Source: Balanoglossus misakiensis
Lineage: Eukaryota; Animalia; Hemichordata
DNA length: 64,000 nt
Assembly: GCA_040954595.2 (NCBI GenBank)
Contig: CM082593.2
Span: 2,559,434 to 2,623,433 of the forward strand
Direction of reading: 5' to 3'
The notes beneath the pieces were generated by a model that was not told where the DNA came from, did not search any database, and saw nothing but the letters and a program-made list of their open reading frames with translations. Numbering within the stretch: the stretch's first letter is position 1; the number at the start of each line of letters is the position of its first letter. The position numbers and the translations under genes are program-made. This document shows, one piece after another, positions 27,438 to 41,002 of this stretch.

Positions 27438-27663
27438 TAAATCAACATTTAGACAACAGTTTCATTCTCTCACACCCCTCTGATCAACAGTTACACCCGA
27501 AAGTTACATTGAAATATGCTTGTTATCATGTGCATTTTATGATAATTGTCAATTTACAAGTATTTTTCATTTGCGTCATAAAGTTGGGCGGTCTTTAATT
27601 AATCAACATTTAGACAATGGTTTCACTTTCTCTCACATCCATCCGCTCATCAGCTACACCAGA
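27438..27663 (+). repeat. Imperfect ~60-bp direct repeat upstream of nAChR gene 1
   Basis: aatcaacatttagacaacagtttca...cagttacacccga (27438-27499) versus aatcaacatttagacaatggtttca...cagctacaccaga (27600-27663). Confidence 0.75.
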
Positions 27664-27934
27664 CTATCTCCCGAATCTCGTATAGCCACACAATCCTATA
27701 TTGGCTCTGTCACCCGTGCTTCATATATAAGGACGGACGTCGTTGTACCTGTAAAACAGGGAACCCAGACAACTGGTTGGGAGAGAGTGTATCATCTCGC
27801 AACACTCCAAGGCCGGGTCGGTTTCCTTTGATGGTACATGTACCAGCAAATACTTAGCAAAAACACGCCACCAACAACAGAGACAACACTGGTCTTCGCT
27901 AGACAGACGTCAGGGTAAGGTGCAGTCCGCTAGG

Positions 27935-30900
27935 ATGGTCAATATCGCCTATTTTCTCTGTTTGTCCGCCTTTAATAGTCTCATACTGCCCGCGACAGGT
28001 AAGTTTTTTCTGGTTTCTCTGCGACTGTAGTACTCAAGTGCTTTATTATTTGTTACCGTGATACTATAATGTTATTTTTAGGGGCATTTTAAAACCTCGT
28101 AAACGAGTTCGTTTTAGATACCGATATGCTGATGGCACTCATATCTGATCTAATCAAGAACAATTAGTGGGAAAGGATAAGTGAAAGAGATTCATATCTG
28201 TAAACACGCATATCTCAAGCAAAATGTCGGAAAGTCAATCTGGATCTGTTTTGTACGAGACAACCGAGAAAAAAGTACCAGTAATTTTCACTCTCTTTCT
28301 GACAGTATCGGCTTGTTGTTCACCGAATGTTAGGGCCATGCAGAATTTACTTTGAGGTTCCAAACGATATACCATTTGGTATCTGACAGCCATATTCGGG
28401 GTTCAATCTTGACGTCAATACATTAATGTTGCATTTACGTTTACCGTTCAAGTGTGACGAACTTATTTCCCAAAAATGACCAATACAATCACAATAAAAT
28501 ATGATCAATTTAACTAATTTATGCAATGCCAACTATTTTAATCTAAATAATTGACAATTCAATGATACCCGCCAGCTCCAGCAAGACAAATTAAATTGTT
28601 TTGTTTAATCTAATAACACGCGGCGTTCATGCACTGTAATTTTGCTGGTTATTTTGTTAATAAAACAATAACATTTCTTCGTTTATCCAGGTATCCTACT
28701 GCAGCCAGATGATCGGGTCAGACTTATCAACGACCTCATGGAAAATTACAGCCCTTACGTGCGCCCAGTTCTCGATATTTCCACTGTTACCACAGTAACA
28801 TATGGGATGGCTATATTCAAGCTTCTTGAAATGGTATGTCTCATCATGACCAATCCACCCACAGACCGCGGTCGCAATCCGCGTGCGCATTTTCATGATC
28901 AACTTGGCTTTTTTGTCACTATAATCAAATTATGTAAAATAAGCGTTTTCGTAACGTTACATGTGTGCAAATTGAAATGACGTCGTCTTGAAACATTGAA
29001 TGGTATTTCGTAAAACACTTGAGTTAGACAGGAGATGCGGCGTCGTTATAGTCGAAAACAAATATTCATGAAAAAAAAACCTTGGCGCAAACTCTGCTGG
29101 TATAGTATAGACAGTGATTAACATGACAATGCCGAAGAGTGCTTGACAGTTTCCCTCAAATTATCACCTCAGTTCTTTCTGAACAATTTCGTGCTGACAC
29201 CTGTGGTTTTATTCTGACAAATAAACGCTGGATTTTCCCGTCATTTGGGGGATTAACGCTGAATTTGAACATACATGCAGATTGTACAGGACCAGTTTGC
29301 CATGTAAATACCATGCATCTATATTACCCCGGAAGATATACGGGTAGTCACGATTAATTACGATAGTTCTAAATGAATAACAAATTCCAGTAATCAACGG
29401 CTCAACCATGAGATTGCAAAGTTTCATACATTTCCATCTTACTTACAGGACGAAGTAAATCAACAAATTTCTCTGAGCGTATGGTTACGACAGGTCTGTA
29501 CGTTTAATTGAGCCACTACCCACACTATCTACAATTGTTTGGCTATTTATTTCAGTACATGTAGTTTTGTTTTGTGTATCAACTACTTTTAGTAGTTTTA
29601 CAGGTGTTTTGTGTAACCATTGCAATATCAATGCCATTGGCGATGATTTGACATTTCTATCTGCTTCATGGATCTGGTGATTCGCTTACCTTGTGTGATG
29701 ATGATCTTTTGGACCCGATTTTCTCGCTTCATGGATACAGCAACCTGAAAAAAAAACAATCATACAGTTACAAGACAATCTGAATTTGAAAACGGACTGC
29801 ACCAACTGTTAGTAGAACATAACCTGTGTGGTGTTTTTTTTTTTGGGGGGGGGCGTATTAAGTTCTGCCGATCTTTTTAACCTATATTGAATCGTGTCTT
29901 CATTCTCTGAATGGACAAATATTTCTTCCAGCGTTGGAATGACGATTTCTTGACATGGAATCCTACAGAATATGGCAACGTCTCTGTCATCAGATTACCG
30001 AATAAACTTCTGTGGCGCCCTGATATTCGTTTATATGATAAGTAAGTTTTTTACACTGGTCAGACGTCACTTTGTGAAATGCATTCCCAAATCTGATATC
30101 TAAACAGTATTTGTCAACGTACACGTGTCATTTTCTTATTCCATGTTGAATGTGTCTGTTTCACTGTAAACCGACACTGACACTTCATGAAATGCTCTCT
30201 CTATCTCGACAGCGTTGGCGAAGATTTTCTCATAATCGATGACACTGACGCTATCATCTCCAGTACAGGCCACGTGGCCTGGAACGCCCCAGCCATCGTG
30301 AAGGCCGCATGTCCCTTCAACGGTGTCAATGTCCCGTTTGACACCCAGAGCTGCGGTCTGAAATTCGGTCCTTGGTCGTACAATGGTCTGGACATCGCCA
30401 TCACCAGCGACTTCGGCGAAGCGGACCTGAGCAACATCAGCCCCAACGGCGAGTGGGACGTGATCAGCGCCAACGCGACACCACAGATGGTCTACTACAA
30501 GTGCTGCCTCGAGCCGTACCCCGACATCAAGTTTGTCGTCGTCTTGAAACGCCGGCCGTTGTATTACGTCTTCAATATCCTGATTCCCAATATCTGCATT
30601 TCGCTGCTCACACTGGTTGCCTTCTATCTACCAACTGAATCGGGAGAAAAGATGTCGTTGATGATGACCATTCTGTTGTCTCTCGTGGTCTTCCAGCAAC
30701 TGGTGAATGCACGCATGCCTCAGACGTCAGACCTCCCCTACATCGGTACACGAAAGTCATTTAGTTTAATTTGGTTATTAGTGCATTTGGTGCATCTGCT
30801 TCCCTTTGATATCCTATAAGCCAAGGGCACATTATGTAGCCTGTCCATGTATGGAAACTAACGGCATACATATTTCTGTCACTTTCAGGGAGATACTTCC

Positions 30901-31499
30901 TAGGTATGATTTCGATGGTTTCCATTTCGGTGTTCTTCACCGTGTTCGTGATCAACATATTCCACCGGGATGCTCGGGAAATCCCGCCGCACATGCGCAA
31001 GTTCATCTTCGGTTTCCTGGCACCAGCTGTTGGACTGGGAAACAAGAAGAAAACCCACCTGGGGGCGCGAGAGGGCGATGTGCAGGAGCTTGACACTGAC
31101 GAACTTGCGGGTGATGAGTTCGAGAGCATCAAAGAAAAGTACAACAAGTTGGCAAAGAAACTCGCCGGGGCGAGGGGGACCATTGCTAGTTCGGTTGACA
31201 ACGATAACCGGTTATCGTCGGTGGATTTTACGATCTTCAGAGAGCGAGAAGAGCTGAGACGACAGGAGGATGCTGGAACCAAGCCACCTGGTCCGATCCT
31301 AGACAAGCAAGTGGGGGAACTGTCACAAGCTGTGAAATTTCTAGCGTGGAGACGGATACTGAAAGACCGTGAGAGTAGACTGTCGTGGGAATGGCAAGAA
31401 ATGGCCCAAGTGGTCGACAGGGCGCTGATGTGGCTGACTGCGATATACACACTCGGCTTCACCGCCATCATGATGCTGATGGCAGTCGATAGACTGTAG
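27935..31499 (+). CDS. Nicotinic acetylcholine receptor alpha subunit, alpha9/alpha10-like (cluster gene 1), 501 aa
   Basis: Exons 27935-27998, 28691-28833, 29449-29493, 29932-30041, 30213-30745, 30889-31499 (1506 nt in frame). Motifs: signal peptide, VRPV, VWLRQ (loop D), WRPDIRLYDN (loop A), Cys-loop CPFNGVNVPFDTQSC, FGPWSY (loop B), YYKCCLEPYPD (vicinal Cys), M2 GEKMSLMMTILLSLVVFQQLV, pre-M4 EWQEMAQVVDR. Confidence 0.94.
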
Positions 31500-33170
31500 T
31501 AGAATTCAAGCTGTTTGACAGACCTAAAGATATGACTTTCCTGTTAACGTTAGTTTTTTTAACATTAAATTTTATAACAGTGAAGTTTTGGTTGATACAT
31601 AAAGTTTGTATAACAAAACGAACAAAAAAATAACGGTAAGAGTGTTTTGTGATTTTAAGATAGATGCATAGCAGATTGGACGTAAGGGGCGGCACCGTCC
31701 ACTAACATAGTCTATTGGTTTACAATTAGTCCATTATTTCATTGAATATGTTTTGCATTTTGTAAGTTTCCTTAGTGAATCGTTTTATGTGTTTTTTGAA
31801 TAAACATCATTATGACGATAATTTTAAGGTTATGAATGGGAATTATTGTAAATATTAAGCTCACTTAATTCAAACGAAAATTGTTAACATTTCAACATTT
31901 GCTGGTTTATTTTTTATTCATTAAAGTGAAAATCTTAATAAACTTTAGAGCCACGACTTACCTTGTCCGGCGATGGCAGCGATAATATACGCACGTCTTT
32001 GAAGTGTACAATTTTCGAGTGAAGCCATAGAGGGCGTATAGGCCTACACACACCAGGACACACACCCAGGCATTATCATCGTCACACGTCGATCAGCAGT
32101 AGCATTGTCGGCACACACGTCTTCAGCCATCATTATCGGTTGGTCCACCTCCAGAGGTATCTTTCAATACGATAAGCAAGCGTCGAAAGATTTGTCTGAA
32201 AGTAGAAATATTGTCTGCTCCGGATCCAGCACCGTCGCTCAATAACCCGGCGCCATATTGGATTGCTGCGTGTACGTACGTAACGCTTGCTGTGATTGGT
32301 CCGCAGCTATTCAAATAGGCACGAGTTGCCTGCGCCCCCGGGGAAATTAAAAGCATTTGTTTGCAATCCGTCCTGTGTTGGTTAAATCAGGGTTTAGTCA
32401 CCTCGCGGTGTGTGTCTTAAACATTTAAAATAATACGTCGAAACTTCCTGGTATTTGCCTTAAAACATGACATTCCTTTATTTATCAAAACCATTGAATA
32501 TTAAAACGTTGCCATGTTATGCCTTCAATGAACATGGAGTGACGAGGTAACCATATATTCACATTAGGCGCTTATGTATGATAAACAATTACACTGAGTG
32601 ATCAGAATATTATACTTTGTTATACCTTTCATTTGGTTGAGTTGATAAAAAAACAATAAGAGTATATCATGTTCAATTTTATGCGTTTATGTATATACAA
32701 GCAACTGTAAATTTCGATGAATTGAATAAATTATGTGTAAACCCACATTTTCTATTAATAACGCCCTGCACGTGGGTTTGTAAATCTTTTCGTATTGTAC
32801 CAACCTGAAACAAGTTACACATTTCCGCTACCATGAAAATGTATCCACTTTTTGAACATCTACAAAGGTTAGGGTTCAGATTTTCAATATACTACATTAC
32901 ACTAAGCAAAATGCGTCCTTAGATACAGTGGCAACAGTTGCCGAGAGACCAGATGGCGGCAAAAACGAATTTTCTCAAAGTAATAAAAAATTAAATCCAA
33001 TCTTGCGAAAATATCCATGTGTATTGAATCAATAAGCGAAATTCATATGATCAATGCCACATTGTCTCATCAATTCGTCTCAGCACACGAGAGCTGTGTA
33101 TGTAACGCGACGTTGCCCAGTCAAAGGCAATTTTAAAGGGTCATCGGAGATTAGTAACACACCCGGTCGT

Positions 33171-35804
33171 TTAAGGTAAATACCCCAAAATTTTTAACAT
33201 CATAATGGCAGTAAAAGTCACTGTGTATATGACGAAAATCCACATCAGTGCCCTGTCGATGACTTTCGCCATATCCTGCCACTCCCAGGCGTTCCTGTGC
33301 TTGCGGTCTTTGCTCTTCATTCTCCCGGCGAGATACTGCACGGCCTGCGAGATTTTCTCCAGGTGTTCGTCCTTGCTTCTGTGCTGCGGCACGGCCCTGG
33401 CCTCGGTCAGCCGTCTCTCCTGCCGCTCCCGGACGGTCGTCCAGTTCTCCAGCACCAAGCCGTTGCCGTTGTCCACCACACGCGTCTCCTCTTCCTCGGT
33501 GCGTTTGACGGCCATGTTGATGTAATTCAACCGACTGGTCTCCGGCGTCCCGTCCTGTTGCCCACCCTCTTTCGTAGCCTCGCCCTCCCAGCGGCCTGCG
33601 TGTGGCTGCATCCGGTGCGTTTTCCGCTTGTTCCCGAGGCAGACAGCCGGTGCCAGGAACCCGAAAATGAAGGCTCGCATGCAGCAAGGGATCTCTCGCG
33701 CCTCCCGATGGTAAACATTCAACACGAACACCGTGGAAAACACTGACAACGCCACCATGATAATCATCCCCATAAAGTACTGACCTGCAAACAATGAATG
33801 TGTGAAGATACGTCATCAAGTAAAATTGCAAGGTGTAAATTTGTAACGGAATGTATACCCCTGGTATTTAAATAAGTAAAACTGACTCATACTTCAATTC
33901 GCACATAATTAGCATGATAATTGCTTTTATCCCTAGAGAAACGCACGCGACTGTTCATCAGACGTTTAAAGGCAATATCTGTCTGTGTTATGAAGAGTTC
34001 TATTACAACTATAATTCATTTGAATCACTCCCATAGGAAGCACACGTTTCTTTTTCAAAAAGAACAAAATTTTGAAGGCCGACAGTCTCCTGTAACAGTC
34101 GCCCGTAAATTTATTTACCTAAATAGGGAATATCTGACGTCGGAGGCATGGTGGCATTCACAAGTTGTTGAAACACTATCAACGACAACAAGTTCGTCAT
34201 CATCAGTGTTATTTTTTCACCGGACTCAGATGGCAGATAGAAACCAATAAGTGTAAGCAATGAAATGAAGGCATTGGGCAGGATGATATTGATGATGTAG
34301 AAGAGGGGACGTCGCTTCATGACGATGGTGTACGTCAGATCCGGGTAGGGCTCCGGGCAGCACTTGTACACGATGACGTTCCGTTTGGCGTCCGCGCTGA
34401 CCAGGTCCCACTCCCCGTTCGACATGAAATTAGTCAGATCGGCCCCGCCGAAGTCGCTGGCGACGTCGATCTGGAAACCGTCGTAGCTCCAAGAGCCGAA
34501 CTTCATGTCGCAGGTCTGGGTGTCGAACGGGAAGTTCAACACCTGGAAGCGGCACGAGGCTTTGTATATCGCCGGCGCGTTCCATTGGACTCGACCCATG
34601 TTATAGATCATGGCGTTGGTTTCATCGATACGAGAGAATTCGTCGTCAGCGCTGTTGATCCAACGAGTAAATCAATCCGTTAATCACCATATACAAACGT
34701 AACCATCGACATTCAACAATTCACACTTCATTATAGCTGTAATCTTTATATTTCTGATAATATCAGCATTACGCAATGCCCACCATTCGAATCCACATCT
34801 ATATCCTATAATTCGCTGGGCCACAAATGTAAATACATCAAATTCGGTCTTACTTGTTGTACAGGAGCAAATCCGGTCGCCAAATCATGGCGGATGGAAG
34901 TCGAAAGACGGCTATGTTATCGTATTCTGAAGTATTCCACACTAAAAATTCGTCGTACCATTGCTGCTTAAACAAACAACATTGTGAGCTGACATGCTAG
35001 ATAGATACATTTTATGTTTGGACATATGCATGATTATCACGTAAGCGTGCTAAACAATATTTTCAAATATTCCTTTTGGTATTATGAAATTTTCATACTG
35101 TAAATTATCTCTCAGTTATGGGATATACTTTGACCACCTGTACATCTGTAGATCTCATCATTGTGTTTTAATGTTATAAGATCAAAAGAAAGGTACCTGT
35201 CTCAACCAGACATTGAGGGTGAAATGTTGGTTTAACTCGTCCTGTGACAAAAATAGATAAGTAAACGATGTCAGGAGTTGATCAAAAGCAATAAAAATAA
35301 ATCCGTGTGCCCCAGACAGACATACAGTTTATTGGTGTGCCAGACAGTAAGTACCCATCTCTCCGACATATTTTATTATCGGTAGTACAACATGCACCAT
35401 CCATGTCCATCACAGTGTGGACACTATCTGCATTACCGTAGTAACAGTTTACTAACCATTTCTAGTATCTGTGATATCGCAATGCCGTGGGTCACAACGG
35501 TAACAGTCGATATGTTAGAAACAGGACGAACGTTTTTGTTGTAGACCGTCATCATATTGTCAACAAGGTTTCCCATCGGATGGTGTTTTCTTTCGTACGC
35601 TGTTTGATTAGGAAATAAACACATTATAAAAGTCAGAATTATACAGAATTCTGCTGGGAACTTTGACACAGTGGAAACTCTGTCGTGTCCAGGTAACTGT
35701 CAGTGTGATATAAGTTATAATAAAGAACAAATATTACCTGTTGCGTGTATCATCAGAAATGGAAACAGGATGAAGTACATCATATCTGCCGTTGACGACC
35801 TCAT
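33171..35804 (-). CDS. Nicotinic acetylcholine receptor alpha subunit, alpha9/alpha10-like (cluster gene 2), 503 aa
   Basis: Exons (minus) 35738-35804, 35457-35599, 35197-35241, 34854-34963, 34119-34651, 33171-33784 (1512 nt in frame). Motifs: Cys-loop CRFQVLNFPFDTQTC, FGSWSY, YKCCPEPYPD, M2 [32 protein letters not shown]. Confidence 0.95.
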
Positions 35805-36502
35805 TTTGACATCGCCGTGAGTGCACCGACGTCCAGATGAAATACAAACATCAGCTATGCTATACTTAGAACACGTAGTTTAAATGTCACCATCCCTGAA
35901 AAAAGGACATATGTGACACTCGTTATTGCATGACCTAAAACTGAACAGACCAGCATTGCTATATGAATCAATCGTATGAATTATGTTTGTCTTTCTTGTT
36001 CAATTCGATTTCAAAAAGGTTTCTTTCTGTGTTTGGATGGTTAGGATATACTGCTTTATAATTGCCATGAACGATATACATGTATATAGAAACGTAAACA
36101 CCGAATCCTACCAGCAAATTACATGAGCTGGACATGAAATATTCATAAGATATTTGGGTGAAAGTCAGTCATGAATACCCATGTTTAAATGTTATATCCC
36201 GCTTTCAATATTTATATATTCACTCATTTTCTTATACATGTAGTAGACGTTCACAATTTTACTCTGCCAGCAAGCAATATATCAGCTCAATTCAAGTGAA
36301 AGTAGTTTAAGTAATAAAGCTTCAATAGCAGGTGTTATTTTTTAGAAGGCCGAAACTGTCATTAATTTCTATTAATTGAGACAGATAATTTTCCAACAGT
36401 GTTCGTAAGGCCCATTAAGATAATTGTCGGTGTCATGTCAATTCACTCATGTCTGACAAAATGCCTGCTTTAGACACTGTCTAATCCTAATGGCGTGGAG
36501 GC

Positions 36503-36650
36503 AGAGAGAGAGAGAGAGAGAAGGGGGAGTGAGAGACAGAGAGAGAGAGACAGAGACAGACTGATAGAGAGAGGGGGAGAGAAATGAGGGGAGAGAGGAG
36601 GAGAGAAGGGGCAGTTAGGGGCAGTGAGAGGGGAGAAGGAGGCAGAGAGA
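36503..36650 (+). repeat. GA-rich low-complexity/microsatellite tract
   Basis: (GA)n and GGAGA-rich runs. Confidence 0.85.
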
Positions 36651-39600
36651 ACATTTTGTTGAAGGTGAACACTCATCTGCTTGAACGCGCCAACCAGCTT
36701 ATTGTGAACGCGCACTATAAACGGTCCATCCATAGTTGATGCATAACATTTGTCCTTGCCTTGTTGTTAACATTAACAAACAAAATTAGTCTTATAATTA
36801 AACCCTGGACTGAAATAAAGACAGGTTGGTCATTTGGTTGGTTAGCTGGTTTCACATAAAATTGATGATAGACTCCATTTTGTCATAATTTTCACTCATT
36901 TTCAAGATACGGGGCGTTGCGACATGATCACAACCATATTTCGTTCTTTTGCACAGTGTGGTACTAACTACCAAGAAAAATTAACCTTCTCGGAATGCAA
37001 GGTAATATAATTTAAATATCTCTCTGTACAATTCCTCCGCAGGCTATATCAACAGTAACGCAGTGAAATGATCGACAAACATTCCCCCCTGACGATCGTA
37101 ACAAGATCCTGCAAATAGTTAACAACTCGCACCCTAAATATTTAACCACACATAATGTACTGTTGGGTGTGTACTACTAATATTACATTTATTATACCTT
37201 GAGGTATTTGAAACATTATAATTGTTATTGATGCTGCTCTTTGCGGAATTTTAACATTTTGTGTAAATAGCATCTAAAGAGTCGATATACCATCTGCACT
37301 TTGACGTATAACCAGCAGTATTTGGGCAGCTTTCTTTGATGTAAATCTGGTTGTAATCCACCTTAAACGGATTATACCGTTCGCGGATTTGCGGTGTGTT
37401 TTGCTTGTCAACTGGAACAATTGGTTTTTATTAGTTTTGCATCTACTACGCTCTTCTAGGGATTCGCCTGGGGCAAATAAAGACAAAAGAAACAGAATCG
37501 GACGGTTTGTATATCCTGACACGGAAAATGGGCAAAGGAACTTTCTGATGTAGATATTAGCGCCTCCACGCCCAGTCACCGACAGAATTATACTTAACGG
37601 TCAGGCAGCCAACCTTTATTATGGACTGTAATCACCCATAAAAAAATCATCTTGCCTATATACTGTAGAATTGTGCTTAGAAATGACGACTTAATTCAGC
37701 GATTAAACCTTGCGTGTGGTCAATTTCACCGGTACCATGTCAAGTAATGCGACATTGTGACAAAGACAATTCAGATGCAACAGGCCCTGCAGAGCTCAGT
37801 GCCCATGCGCGTTGAAGATGACGCGTTGAAGAAGACACCGTGTAAAAATCTAGATGTGTATTTAAAACACCGCCCAGGACAGGCTTTTGGTTAGCTTACA
37901 CGGGATATTTTAAGTCATTATAATATGGAGATCTCAAAGAACAATTATTTTGTGAAGAGAGACGCAATACAAGGGCCTATCCTATGACATTAAATTTTAA
38001 AACAAACATTGTATTTGTCTAACATTATGTAAGCTTATTAATCCATTACAAACATTTCCACATTGTGCCCTTTTGTAAATCGAGAAAGAGATCTGTTTTT
38101 ATGCAGCAAATATGTTTCTTGTTCTTTTTTTTTCGGTATACCGCGTCAGAAAAAAACGCAAAAAACAAATAGTTGTTCTTTAAACCAAAAGGCCGGATCC
38201 AAAACGATGGGAATTGTACGCGTATTGATATATTCTTTAGAAAACTCATATTTAATGAGTAATTTAATCTATAATAAAATAACACATACAACAGAGCCGT
38301 CGTTTTTTCATGGTCGGTGTTATTATTAGTCGGTAGATCTATACGATGTGAGATGACATATTGCATAAATTGAAATACAACGGTTAAAGGTCGAACAATA
38401 TTAGACCCATCATGAGGGCGGAACGGACCTACCTGAGGTTTCGAAATGCATCAGGAAAGCAAGGGATATTTCAGTATCTTGTCTTGGCAAATATCAGCGC
38501 GATTGTTCGGGGACACACGTCAATATTTCCACGCTACACTGCCACCCACAATGGGCACTCTTTACCTGGAGCGTTGAGCTTTTGAATTTTGATCACCGTT
38601 TAGCCTCTAGGGGGTCCTAACATTTCTACTCATGCGCACTGGTGCTACTTTGCTAATTACTTGCCTATGTTTACTGGTGAAAATAAGCGTGAGAAACGAC
38701 TGTACTTCGCAAAAATGTGTCACAGTTGTATAGTTCTATTGTTGAAACACTTCTCAAAAATCGTCGTCGTGTTTTGTATTTCCCATCTGTGCAGTCTTCA
38801 GTTTAATATGAGTGTCAACTTGATAACATCCTAGTGTGTCACTAAGTCCGTAAAGCCTGAGTATATCCGTATACTGATTATTTCCCACCTTTACTATTTT
38901 ACTATAGCTGTCTTCTTCTGCGATACGATTGACTTTACCTCTACCGTGTATTGCTGTTCAACACACAGAAAAAATCATTTCTACATCAGTTTGGTTTTAA
39001 TCCCATTGATTCTCGAGGAGTTTGTCGTTACACTTGAAGGAAATCAATATGCTCGCTAGATGGTCGAAATCGCAAAAACAAACATTTAATATTTATGTAA
39101 ATCCCAGAACATTAAAGCCCCACTCACGTTCAAAACAAATATTGAATATTGCTTATGTACCAGCCTTGCATTTCATCGTATCTCATGAACCCAAATCAAC
39201 AAATTATATGCCACTGCCCAAATAAATTGTGCAGGTAGTGGTCACGTGATTAATAAACATTAACGTGGTTACCATCAGTATATCAACGACAACTGTACTA
39301 TATTTAAATTTTGTTTGTAGAGGGCGACAACGGCTGTATGGCCTTATTTATTCGTCATTATTACTTCCATTTTTAACTTCTTCAATGGAAAGCGTTAGCG
39401 TGAAACACAGACTCGGCCTAGTTTCGACAGCGGGTTTGATACGAGCGTAGAAATCTAAAATAGTTAGTTCTATTGGCAAATAATGCTCTGTGTGATGACT
39501 TACCAGTCAAAGTACGATTCTAAAATTAGCTTACTTCATTCAGCCCACTTAAATATTGCAGTAACGACTCCGCAACATTGAATGTTGACCGGTGGGTGGA

Positions 39601-40187
39601 CATGCACGCGGCAGTGGACTGGAATAGAAAAGGAGGAATTTCTAAGCAAACCGCAAAGACAACTACCAGGCCACACCAAGTATAATGCAAAACATATGCT
39701 GCTGTTCCAGGAATAAGGTCTGTACCATGTTTTACGTCTACACGACAATACAAACGTTGATATAAATAATGTGAGTTATTAGCGTTAAATTGCATATTCA
39801 ACAAAAGAACAAACAACAGCAATATATTGAGAGAGAAACATAGTGGAAAATTATATGTATTTCGGATTTGTGTTTCATGGTTCAAAGGTGATCATGGTGT
39901 AGCCTGAATAAACGGCCTCATCAACAGAATGGTCATTTATGCAAGACGTCGTACACTGTAATTACAGAACCGTTTTGGAATTCAATTAGGCATTGTTAGC
40001 CTTTTCAGGGTGAAAACACACAGTCCAGATAAATTGAAGCCGGTGGTACAACAGAACCCAGGGGCTCCAACAGTCGTGGACATCATACATGGTGTTAAGA
40101 GAATGTGACAGTTGCCGAGGGATACTGCAAACAGATCGACCTCTGCAAAGGAAGATTCGCGACGAATAAATGACATAACACTCGGTT

Positions 40188-40921
40188 ATGGCTTTGACGA
40201 TGGCAACTACAAAACAGATGATCCTGCGAAACGCGGGGTTCATGTTTGTTATCATACTGCTTCCATTTAATAGCCAAGGTAAGGTAAGGCCGTCACGGTT
40301 TTGAACAATTTGTCATGGAGAATTTTTTTTTTTTTTTGGGGGGGGGGGAGATATCAGGCACATTCTACGATCACATTTGAATGCCATAAATAATCAGACT
40401 AAAACATGCTATAACTTGTTTTTTTTTATATTCATTATTAGTTTCATGTATACAGCGCGGTTTACCACACTCCTGTTTCACATCACGTTATAGAGAACAT
40501 ATTGTTAGTTTCCCTAGAATTTACTAATTGCGGAAATTTTTCTTGTAAAATAGTATTTCATTTTTTTTACTATATAAAGGAATAAATCATGATGGATAAT
40601 TAGACTTTCATTTTAGGGACCCGTCCATTTTATCATGCATTCGTTTATCACGTGTATTCAATGCATACTTTATTTGTAATTAGCTGGCTATGATTAATTG
40701 TCGATTGAAATTTTTCGATTGCTTGATCGCAAAGACGAGCAAGCAAACAATGGAAAGTGTAGAATGAGACTCATCACTAACTGATAAATTATTCAGAAAT
40801 GACTCATTAATTATCAATAAATTATGGTCAGTTTTATCTATCTATCTATTTGTCTGTCTGTCTGTCTGTCTGTCCGTCTCTTTGTTTGTGTGCTTGTTTG
40901 TTTGTTTGTTTGTTTGTTTAA

Positions 40922-41002
<81 letters not shown>

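Noticed and set aside
30201-33831. Long antisense or alternate-frame ORFs over nAChR exons (e.g. 30761-31471, 33151-33831, 33297-33746)
   Set aside because: Shadow ORFs of GC-rich coding exons with no recognisable motifs.
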